Shown here: positions 1-11,600 of the stretch, piece by piece
Position numbering within the stretch: the first letter of the stretch is position 1
Layout: each line of letters begins with the position of its first letter
NCBI GenBank assembly: GCA_050084985.1
Contig: JBITNC010000001.1
Coordinates: 79,794,001 to 79,858,000 of the forward strand
Origin: Nageia nagi
Taxonomy: Eukaryota > Plantae > Pinophyta
Reading direction: 5' to 3'
Length of the DNA: 64,000 bases
Position numbers and translations under genes: made by a program
Notes under the pieces: model-generated
Database searches by the model: none
What the model was told of the DNA's origin: nothing
Seen by the model: the letters and a program-made list of their open reading frames with translations, nothing else

Positions 1-3000
1 TAGAGAAGTTATGCACCAATCAAACTTCTCTCCATGGCAAATAGCAACATCCAAAGTGCCCCTTAAGTATCTGAATATCCACTCCACTGCAATCTAATAC
101 TACCTACCAAGATTTGCTATCAGTCACTTGACATCTTCCACTGCTTGGGTAATGTCTAGTTTGGTGCTCATCAAGGCAAACATGAGGCTTTCTACTGACG
201 ATGAGTCTAATATACCGACATCCTTGTCTTATCTTCTTTTGTACTAGGACTCTTTTTAGAAGACAATCTAATGTGTGGAGGAAGTGGGGTAGCTATTGGT
301 TTTGCATTCTGCAAATTGGAGTGCTGCAAAATATTTTCTCCATATGACTTCTAATTTAACCAAATCTTCCTTCCTATTCTGTCGCTATGTATGCTCATTC
401 CCAAAATTAAGTTTGTTGCTCCAAAATACTTCAAATCAAGTGTTCTAGCCAAGTGAGCCTTGAGATCATTGGATTTCTTCACGCTCAAGCTTTCCACTAG
501 CATATCATCAACATACAACAACAAAACAATGAAGATACCATCATCAAACACAATATAAAATGCATAATGGTTAGCTTCACTTTTGCTGAAACTTTGGCTC
601 TTCATGAAAGTTTCAAATATCTTGTACCATATCCTTGGTGCCTGTTTCAAATCATACAGAGGTTTCTTGAGTCTACAAACTAAATTCTTTTTGCCTCTTC
701 CTTCATAGCCCTTAGGTTGATCCATTAAAAATCTCTTCCTCAAGATCACCATGCAAGAAAGAAATTTTCAAATCAAGCTACTCCAACTTTATAATTTGTG
801 CTACAAGAAAAACTCTAACAGTAGTTAGCTTCACAATTGATTGAAATATTTCATTAAAGTCTATACCTAAATTCTTCACATACCTTTTCTGACCAAGCAA
901 GCTTTATGTTCACTTTCATCCTTGTTTATATCTACTTCAACAAGCAAACCTTAGGTTTTTGTTGCTTCTCCTTCCTTTGCATGGATTTTGCATAAATAAT
1001 AACATCCTAACTAATAATTTCATTAGAGACAATAGGAACCCACAATCTATTCCCATTTTTTACTATATCTCCATTGCCAAGAAAAACACAACTTTTACCA
1101 TGCATGCAATAAACGAAACCCTCTTTTGTTTACCAAGAATACAATGCTCACATATCTAAATTACAAGACTTAATCCTTGAAAATATCACTACATCTTGAG
1201 CATTACCAAAAGCTATTGTTGTTGCATGGTTTCTCATCATATCGCCACAAATAGTACAGGGTCCCATAACATTCTCCTTTTGATACCACTAAGGCTCCTT
1301 TGGTAATTATGCAATAATTTTTACCAAAAGTGATAAGATACCCAAGCTTATCCATCATTTTGATAGAAAGCAAATTCTTCCGCAAACCAGGCACATGTCG
1401 TACATGACACAACATCCTTTCTCTACCATTTTCTAACTTAATCCTTAGGTCCCCTTTTCCCATAATTGCACAAGGATGATCATCACCCAAGAAAACCATC
1501 CCACCATTATAAGGTTGATAATTAACAAACCAATCTCTTTAAGGAGGCATGTGGAAAGCTACATTTGAGTCCAAAACCGGGTATTTAAAACAGATATGTT
1601 GTTGCTGGTACAAAAAGTCTCGCATGTTACCATCTCTTCTACTATATTGGCCTTAGTTGATGGTTGATTATGTTTTTCACCATTTTGTTCCCTCTTCATA
1701 TGCCAACAATCCTTTTTCAATTGTCTTGGCTTCCCACAATGCCAACACTTCCCTTTCTCCTTCCTTTTGACTCAGATCTTGACTGTGATCTTCATCTCAC
1801 AACTATGGCTTCATTTGTAGAGGGTTCCAAACGCGATTTTCACCTCAACTCTTCTCTCAGGACCATGAGAGGTACCCATTTCTTGCTTTGTGCTCTTTGG
1901 AGAGGCTTGCATCACTAGGCATCACTGGGCAAAGACGATTGCTGGTACTTCGAGGCCAGTTTGCTACTACAGTCGATGGGCATATCCATTGATCGACCCT
2001 CATCTTTTAGTCCCTCATCTCATCATCTCCGACCTTGAAGGATGACACTCCACCAATCTATCAGAGAGGATATCAAAGGATATCTACTGTCGTTACATTT
2101 AGTTTACTTGGGTCTCTCCCCCACAACCTCTCATCCCTAAGTTGGTTTTCTATGTTGAGCATTTTCTACAGACCATTTATGGCCTCATTGTCATGCCTGC
2201 CTACCTTCAACACCAATGCTCCTCTAAGTTGAGGGTTCCCCTCAACCAGTTTCAAGTTTGCTCACACCAGCTCCGTGTTGAGACAGACCACCATATTTCC
2301 CAGCCAGATAGGACTTGCCGATTTTGTTCTCTACAGGAGGTAGAGAATGAGAAGCACTTGATCTTCAGAGGTCCTATCTACAATTAGATTTGGGGACAAT
2401 ACTACTACTTATTCAAAGAGTCTCAAGGCTTGTTATCCACCTTTTTAAACTACCCCAACCAGATATGTCTAGCACTCTTCATATGTGAGATCACTCTTTT
2501 CAAGCGAGCATCTTTACTACAATACTTATAGGTCCCTCAAACCACTAGGCTGATCAATTCTTTCTTCTAGCCTACCTCAAATCCCATTGGCAGGAAACGC
2601 TCTTTAGACAGTACTCTTCAGCATACTCACGGGCTCAAGTCAACACGGCATTGCTTCGCTTCTTAGACAGTTACTAGCCAGTCACAGCTCGACGATAGTT
2701 ATACATCACTGGCTTCTTTTCATCTACGGGTGATCCTTCGACCTTGGATGCTAGGAGAGACTCACGGGCCTCACTTGGCCCTTCTAGTCCGGGACATTCT
2801 TTGCTTGAAGTGAACAGATCTACAGCCAACTCCATGTGATTGAAGGGTTTTAATACTATTTCACTCAATGTAGTGTAGTGTAGCTTTTTTGCTTTTTGCT
2901 TTATCGAGTTCTAGGGTTTCCCACCCTAGCACTTTCTACATTTAGTTGGATTGTACTTTCGAGTTCCATTGACCTACTTTTTGGTCACTCGCGAACATTA

Positions 3001-3370
3001 ATAATATTTCTATTTCTATTTTTTCTTAACAAAGCGACTGCCACATCATCAGTATTTAGAGTTCCTGGGGATGCATTGTTGATGGTCATCACCAAATGAT
3101 CCCAAGTGTTTGGGTGGGAACAAAGTAGAGTGATTGCTCTATCCTCATCATCCATCTTCACATTAACAGAAATTAGTTTACTGATTAGGGTATTGAACAC
3201 TTTCAGATGATCTACCACAATTGAGCCCTCCTGCATTTTCATTCCAAGCTTCTCCCAAAGGGCTTACGTGGTCTTCTCTTCAGCAATATTGAAAAAGATA
3301 GAGTTTGCTAGACAAAGATGAATTATAGAAACTGCCTTCTTGTCCAACTTTGCCCACTTCTCATCTTTTA
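1..3370 (-). mobile_element. Degraded Ty1/copia retrotransposon (gag, protease, RT; integrase largely deleted), split by a LINE insertion
   Basis: gag MQEGSIVVDHLKVFNTLISKL...ITLLCS (2985-3242); protease-region VFLGDDHPCAIMGKG...VRHVPGLRKNLLS (1203-1499); RT LKKPLYDLKQAPRIW...LLLYVDDML (351-752); many stops and frameshifts. Confidence 0.9.
1861..3028 (+). mobile_element. 5'-truncated non-LTR retrotransposon (LINE) 3' end: C-terminal Cys/His region, 3' UTR, stem-loop and TTTC-type tail
   Basis: Peptide SHQLRVETDH...DRTCRFCSLQEVENEKHLIFR resembles the C-terminal zinc-binding region of LINE ORF2. The insert splits copia gag between DDVAVALL and REELR and ends in CCATTGACC..GGTCA..ACATTAATA-TTTCTATTTC. 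Confidence 0.75.
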
Positions 3371-4299
3371 TTAATCTCAAAAATTTGCACTATAACAATG
3401 CCAAGGGGCATTCTCTTTTTATAGAAAAATAGGAAGATTCCACAACAGTTGTGTATCTAAAAATAGTTGCTTAAAAATAGCCTGTTTTAGTAATAATCGT
3501 GCTAAATAATAGTTGTGCACTATTAATACAAGATGCTAAAAAAAATAGTTGCATGCTATTAATAAAACATAAGAACATCGAAGATTTGGATATTGACTTC
3601 ACCTCCTAACAAAATCCAAAAGTTGAATAACTTGTAGAAGAAGATAAGAATCTAGAAATGTGTTTATTTTGTCTGCTTATCACATCCAAGAGGAGAAATG
3701 GTCAACCCTTGATATCTAAATACAATGCATCACACCTGCCTTGTGCACATAGAAGCAAAAGCACCTGCCATGCAGGAAGATATCGTCTCACAAGTCTACT
3801 GCAATCAGCCTGGTTAAAAACAGAGTCAAACAAATGTTCCACGCTAGAGATGGGAGGAGGAAATTAGAACACCTTTAGGGATCAATACCTAAGAGTACTT
3901 GCCTCACAAAGATACAAAGCCAAAAATATTTGACAGACGAACAAAAGAAGGCAAGAAGAGACTCTCTAGAAACTCTAAACAAACAATAGTAACTCCTTAT
4001 ATCATAATAAAGGGAAACTGAAGATGAAATGTTCTCAAATCTCGACTTATTAAAGAAAGCAAAGGCAATATATATCATTTGTTTAAGGATATGGTGATTG
4101 ATTTTAACCTGAAATTGGTCGGAATAGACTTTAAGTTCATATGAGTGACAAAGCCATTACAGTCCAGAAAACGTACTTGCCATAAAAGGCCAATTTGGGG
4201 CTAAGGGTATGGAACGAAGAGATCAATGTGAACTAGGTATATTGTTAATATATATGATCTCTAACTGATTTATCCTATCATGAAGTAAAAGGTCAAGAG

Positions 4300-6770
4300 T
4301 GTAATATCCCAAATTAAAATTTCCAAACCTTAGCTACAAATAATATATTTTTCTTCAATAAAATCTTGATTTACATACATAAAATCATATCTGCAAATAA
4401 TATCCAGAAAATAACACAACTTTAAAATAGTCACAAACATAACACAAACATTTTTGTATGTTTTTATGGAACCACAGGAACATAGATCACATAGATGGGT
4501 ATCACAAAATAACATCAAATCCACAATTACAAGCCTCCTAGGACTGGACATCCCTCTTAGGGCATGAAAATGACAACAAAACCCTAAATAAGCCTCCCAA
4601 AAATAGGATGAACTCCTCCAAGGTATGGCCGCACTGAATACTACTAGAAACCACACTAAAACTACCACACAAATACTGAATGTTGAAATTGAAATCTGAA
4701 TACCAGCTCTGAAATCCCAATGGCAAACCCTGAATGGATATGCCTATCAATTTTCAAGGGATCAACCCCTGAATTCCAACCAAATAGCAAGGATCAGCCT
4801 TGTCTACCAGATTGGCTACCTTTTGAATAAAGGGATCAGCCCAATACTCCAAAAGGGCGGTTGAAGGATCAGCCTTCTCACCAAGATCACAAAATCTCAA
4901 AATAATATCATAACATAACATAATCCAAAATGAGACACAAAGCTCTCTTATATAGCCTTAGGTTCTGATTTTGTGTTGACACTTCCCTAGGCATCCATAA
5001 TCACTTAAGTCTTTATTTTATAAATAAAAGATGCAATAACTAATATTATGTCTCATAATACATTACTCTTATATCCCCTTTTATTATATTTTTTATTCTT
5101 TTATTTGTCTAACTCCACATAGAACACTTTCACACCACCTAAGATACACAACTTCCATATTTCATATACACAAATATGCATGATCCTAAAAATGAAAAAT
5201 GGGGACATTACAAGTCCACCCTCCTCAAATTGCTTGTCCTCAAGCAATTCCAAAGCTGGATGGTTCACAATTTCATCAACATTGTACCCAAACTGTCTCA
5301 AACACTAGTGTGTCAAAACCCCATACTGTTTCTTCGTTACCAAGCCCATTCTGAATGCATAACAAGGCTGATTTTCTGATAACAGCAGTAAAACCATGGT
5401 GTTTGTACTCCCAAAACGTAGCCAAATTGAGTGATTCTCCATCCCTTATAGTCATACTATGCATGAGCATCAACCAATCAACAATGATACTTATTGGGCT
5501 TTTGAAAAGGTGGCTGCAATGTAAGTGTAACAGGTCTAATTTGCTCTTTCCAACAACCATAAATGATTCACAATCATCTACACTCATGCTTTCATTGTTT
5601 CCCATCAATGTGCCATGCCTAAATGAAGTGTAGCTATCAATCATACCAAGAAAACAGAGACTGAAAATTGTATGTACAGCAGTATTATTACAGTCATATA
5701 TCCATTTCACCTTCCCCCATATGACTTCTAAACCAACCCAAACATTAGGGACTTCATTAGGAATGCTTTTCTTTACAACACTCAATCTACATGCCCTTTC
5801 CAATGCCCCCTCATGGTGCTATAGTAACCTTGAACTGAATGTGCATACCATGGATGAATACCTTCTCATAATTTCATGCTCACTCCCAAGACAAATATGA
5901 CTATGTGCTCCCACAACTGAGAATACACCTTCAAAACCAGCTAATGCAAAAAGTGTATAACTCAAATTCATGGAAAAATGAAAGTAAGTTACCTTCCCAA
6001 ATGTGTGGAGGTTGGCACCACCACAAGACACCAATTTCTGAAATCATCAAGATTCCTATCAACAAACTCATCCAAATCATGCCCAAAAGAAAATAGTGCG
6101 CTGCTGTCATAAAAATCAGAATTCAACTTGTACCTATTCGGAATGTTTCCATGGCTGCCCAAGTCTGAATTTATCTTATTTTTCCTTTTATAACTGATCA
6201 AGGCACCTTTACACATGAATTTTTCTGATCTTACCTTTCCTTAAGTTGAGCAAATGAACACATATGCAATTTTTCAACTCATGCATAGCAGTCTCAAATC
6301 TTATTGCATCAAATATCATGCAGTGTACAGCTATATTCATGTGAATTGCAGCCATGCTAATTGTCATCAGAACAGTCCAAAACATCTTGCAAAGTGGAGT
6401 ACAAAACATGAAAAGGGAAAATGTACTGATGTTTTGACAACAAGTATGTATAAAACCTTCCTTTGTGCATGCCCAAATAAACTCACAAATCAAATCAGTT
6501 TCATGTGTGACTTCTACAATCTCAAAACTGTATGCCATCTTATGCATGTCAATGATCAAATACCAACTTGAAATCCTCCGATGTAGCGTACTCCAAATCA
6601 AACTTGAATTGAAGATGTACAAGGGCTCCAAAGTGTGCTCAAGAGTCTTCACAAGGGCTACAAACTGTACAAAAGCAGAAAAAATACTATCAAGACTACC
6701 CAAATGATGAATTGCTCAAAGTGTTTTCCAACTCCAACAATCTGAGAATGAAATGATCTTTTCCCATCTG
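4300..6770 (-). mobile_element. Degraded chromovirus-like gypsy element: 3' LTR 4300-5212 plus internal remnant
   Basis: LTR termini TGTAATATCCC...GGGGACATTACA; PPT (minus GGAGGGTGGACT) abuts 5213; integrase/chromodomain tail GNEETVW...HPALELLEDKQF. Right boundary approximate. Confidence 0.65.
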
Positions 6771-7264
6771 TAACTGTTAAACATTCTCAAAATGAAATTA
6801 GAAATCATCAAGACAAAATTATGAACCAATGCATGCCAAGGTTCAACAAGACGTGCAACCCATTCATCCCATTTGTCTTTCAAACCATGTTCCAAGTATG
6901 CGCAAGTGTCCCAATAAAGTGTGGAATTAGTCCTTTTTTGTTGTCCAAAACTTCATCAACAAGGCAACTATAATCCAAATATGACAAATTCCATTAATTG
7001 CGTACACAAGAGCTTATAAGTCAACCAATATAACCAATGCGTTACATGTATTGATCGTTTTACAGAATCTCATAGAGTTGTATTCCTCGATAGGTTTTCA
7101 GTTTGATGGTCGTAAAATTTCCATCACATCTAGGATCAGCAATGAGCAGGATGATTTGCACTAAAGCCTACAGCTATAGTTCCTCGTTTCATTTTTTAAG
7201 CAAGTTTGGGATGATGATCCATTACTATCTGCTCAACAATAAAGCTTACATGAATGCTCACCAT

Positions 7265-7839
7265 TTGGCCATATTTCTTCAGTACCCAGATCAGCGTTGA
7301 CTAGCCTTTTACTTTCTCGAGACTTTCCTCCTCCGTAGACGTCTTTTAGCTCGATCTCAGCAGCTTTCAGGAGATCGACGCATCACATCCTTCTTTCGAG
7401 CTTCCTCCCCAAAGAGAGGGCACAAAAGACTTTGAGAAGAGCATCCATTTCCCTTGCATCGGACTAGGAGATGTATTCAAAGCACCCAGGATCCACTAAG
7501 GATTTGACAGATCACTTCTTTCTTCTCCACCAACAACGGTACCACAAACACATCTCACAGTGATCAGCATGACTCCTTTTCGGATCGAAGAGTACTGCCA
7601 AACTCTTCCCCCAAAGAGGGCCAAGATGGCCTTCCTTTGGTTGTCTTAGATATTGTACCCCCTTCTCATTAGGGTTGCAATGCTTCGTATGGTTGTATTT
7701 GTTTATGTTAGTTTATTTTATGCTTTATTTAGATGATGCCCACTTAGGGCTTTGCTAGTCTCACAAGATAGGATTGTACATGCTAATACCATTGACCGCT
7801 TTTGGTCAAACGAGGACATTAATATACTTTCTTTCTTTC
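7265..7839 (+). mobile_element. Second truncated copy of the stem-loop-tailed LINE family
   Basis: FLQYPDQR*LAF is homologous to YPNQICLALF at ~2450; same terminal CCATTGACCGCTTTTTGGTCAA..GGACATTAATA-(TTTC)n. Confidence 0.65.
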
Positions 7840-8607
7840 ACCAACATAAGCCCCAACAAGTCATTGACAAGTATTTGACTTGGACGAATTAGCGACAGCT
7901 CAACTTAATATGAGATTTACCAAAGGATCAAAACCAACAGTGGCAACAAATTTAGAATAAACCAATATAAGGTAAAGTGAGACCATACAGAAAATTATTA
8001 TACAACTATTAGCATGTTGGTTATGCTGTGACCTGAAAAATGACTTTTTCCTTTTACCTAACCTTTTCTATTAATTACTATTGTTAACTCAGTAGCAAAA
8101 AGATATGTAGGCACAAGAGGACCAAGTCAATTGCAACAAAGTTGATTTGAAACTCAAACCATAAAATAGTGACAGACCAAACTTCAATAATAGCATCACT
8201 ATTAGAACATTTGCCAAACATTCTTTATGATGAAGGGCAATAGTGGTGAACTCTTCTTATAATCTATGAAATAAATGACAACATATTTTAAGTCCATTGT
8301 TATAAAGATACATGTGTCAGTCCAGAAGTTCCTGGATAAGATACACGATTTTCAAGTGAATCCATGTTCTGTATTTGTAATTCAAACTCTTTACAATAAA
8401 AAAAGATTCAAATCTCTGCTGACAAGGATAAAGTTACAAACAATAGTATTGACTTATATGATATGCTCATTTCCTGATTCTAAAACAACCAGAAGACATT
8501 TATGTATGCAAAGATATTTTCATTGGTTAAACCACTAAATCAATTTCATTCATATCAATCAATGAGTAAAAGCACTTAAACAGTGTAGGGTGGATAAAAG
8601 TACATAC

Positions 8608-8682
8608 CAAAAATGGTCGCTCCAAAATGATACGAGGAGGCAACTCCACTATCCGTATGTCAACCTCCTTATGCAAGATAGG
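8608..8682 (-). CDS. TRAPPC13: TRAPPC13 exon 8 (PILHKEVDIRIVELPPRIILERPFL)
   Basis: TTTTGTAG|CCT acceptor, TTG|GTATGT donor, 75 nt, phase 0; matches the family segment expected after TQQILG. Confidence 0.88.
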
Positions 8683-11600
8683 CTACAAAATAAACAAGGC
8701 TTCAAAATATCATTACGTTTGTTGGATGCATGTAAAACAATATTGAAAACATAAATCATTAAAATTAAGAGATTTAAATGATACATTTATAACTGCATTT
8801 CAATTTAATCCTCTTATGCAAAGCCATTTAATGTGATTGGGAAACAAGGAACAAATGTACAGCTAAAAATACATAACGATCCTGAGAGAATACAATGAAA
8901 AGCTAGCATTCCAATGATTTGATGTAAAAAATTCCAATAAGATGCATGGATATTTTTGAGATTTTTTGTATTTTTCTGTAGTTCTTGAGTTTTTGTCCCC
9001 CACAAAAATACCTATTGTACCCAATCATTATGGAGCATCAGTATGTTTTCTGTTGTCCCCATCCTGAAGACTTCGTGTAACATTTTCTTGAAGCTAAGGG
9101 TCTCAATCATCAATCAATAAAATTTTACATCATTTCAGAGGCCTATGTCCATCGATGTCTGAGGTGATCATGTCTAGAGGGTGATTACTACTCCAATGCC
9201 TGAAATGTGCATGAAGAATTAATGTCTTTCACAAAAGAACAGTAGGAACTTGTACCTTACCATCATAGAAAAATGCATCCCTATGTTTCCTGTTGTCCCT
9301 ATCCTGGAGACTTCACGCAACCTTTGCTAAAATTCAGGGTCTAAAGCACAGTATCAATTATGAACAAGAATGCACATCATCTCGGAGAATTCTCTTTGAA
9401 AATGTCTAAAATGGTCATGTCTAGAAGGTGCTTACTACTCCAGTGCCTGAAATTTGTAAGAATAAGAAAGTAGTCAACTTGATATATATGAGTCCCCTAA
9501 ACAGCCTTTCTCCTAAACATGACATGGTCTCCTAGGAAAAGCGCCAAGCATCTTTGATTAAGGTATCCAAAGAAAGTTGAAAGTGAACAATCAGAATCTC
9601 TACAAAAACAATACCTTTCCAAAATCTCATAACAGATGGGGCATCCTTCATTGAATTATTCATTTTGCACTTCCTGGAGGGAACAAGGGAGGCAAATCTT
9701 TTAAATGGGAGTATGATGGTTGGTCTCAATTTGAAGTTGAAGAGAACAAACTCTAGACTAAGGGAAAATCCTTAAGCAATGTTACCAATGGTGGTGGAGA
9801 TAGTTTAGTCAAGCAATCATACCATCTACAAGAAGGGCTTAGCATATGACCCATCTTATGATTGCGATGCTTTATAGGAGGTCCAACTGATCTGAATATT
9901 CTATTACATCAAGATGTTATAATTGCCAACTCTATTGATCACATCCTTTGGGGTGAGAATGATGGATGCACGATCTAAGGTGTAAATAGAAGAAATCATT
10001 AATAGATATGCCAACATCATAATAGTCTGTAATATACCTTGCTGGAAATAATATAAAACCCTAGGTATACAGATCACAATTAACCCAAAAACCCTAAAAT
10101 ATTGAGATCACAATGTAACCAAACCTTAAATATCCAGATCACAATAAATACTGAATAAACCCTTAACAAATAACAATGCAAATAATCTTCCAGAATATTA
10201 AACCCTAGATATTGAGATCAAGATCAAGCCTGAAATGTAGATCAATCACACAATCTTGAAAACTCCAACTATATTGAAAATAGGGAAACTTAAATACAAA
10301 TGAAATCCTTGATCTCTTAAGATAGAAATGTAGATAAAATACCAACCCTAGCTTTATTGATGAAAACACCAATACAATCAACACCCACTGCAGATCACAC
10401 CTGGAATATTAATGGAATCTAAATCAACATACAAATTGATGATGGACGTCTGGAATAGGGGCTGAATGTCTCTGCTAATAGGCGTCTAACTTGGTGCTAG
10501 TCAACCCTCTGATGTTGAACCCTCGATTTTGGTGTCTAAATCATGAGATTACACCCTTGTTGATGATGGTCTGGAATCTGGAAGAGATGGTCTGGAATAT
10601 GGAATCAAACCCTTGTTGAAGGTCGTTTGAAATATGAGATCAATCCCTCAACACTAGGCATCTGAAAATATGGTAATAAGTCCTCTCAAATCCTTGAACT
10701 TTTCTCAAAACCCTCTGATCTGATCACTACTTTTTGAATTGGTCACAATCTTCAAATCTGATCCAAACCCTCAATTTCTGATTTATGATCTGATCTCAAA
10801 CCCTCAAAATCTAATTGCAGAAATCTTCAAACCCTCAATAAACTCATTATGAACCTTGGATGGATCCACCAATGGAGAACCAAAGGAGTTTCATCCTCTA
10901 GCTCTTAAAACCAAAGGGGTTTTGTCCAAAGAAGATGTATTTATATTAAAAATGCCATTAATAGATGATTCCAAACTAGGCATCTCTTTTTGGAGCTCAT
11001 AATTTCACATTAAAAATGCCATTAATACCAATATTATTAATACTACCTCTAAAGATGTATTTATATTAAAAGGTGGATGTTCCATTTCACTTTGTATAAA
11101 AATAATCATTAATACTCATTAAGTAAAAAGGGGCATCAAAAAGGGGACATTACAAGTCCACCCCTCCCAAACTGCTTGCCCACAAGCAATGAAAAACTGA
11201 GTCCGGTAATCCTTTCCCCTGAACCAAGTATTTAATGATAACCTTGTTCCTCAAATTCCTTTCCAGGTTCTCAATAATAATGTCTAGTACAATTTTTCCA
11301 TACCTTTTCACAAAATAATCTAAGTTACCAGTTATGGTACTGATTCGTGTTCTAATTCTACAGTTTGGTTCGCAGGTTCAGCTAAAATGTTTTTAAATAT
11401 TCATCGTTCAAACTTCAAGTTCAATATCAAAATAATAATATCAAGTTCAACAACTAGTTTAATCATCAAGTGGATTTTCCAAATCAGCAATGTCATCATC
11501 ATCATTGACATTAGATGATGTAGGAATATTAGATGAACCACAACCAGTGCAAATGAGTAGAAATATTAGTCATATTAGATGATCTTCTTGGTAGGCAATG

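Noticed and set aside
8100-8160. Minus-strand EFQINFVAIDL as a possible later TRAPPC13 exon
   Set aside because: Similarity is weak, splice sites are unconvincing, and the intervening expected exon was not found.
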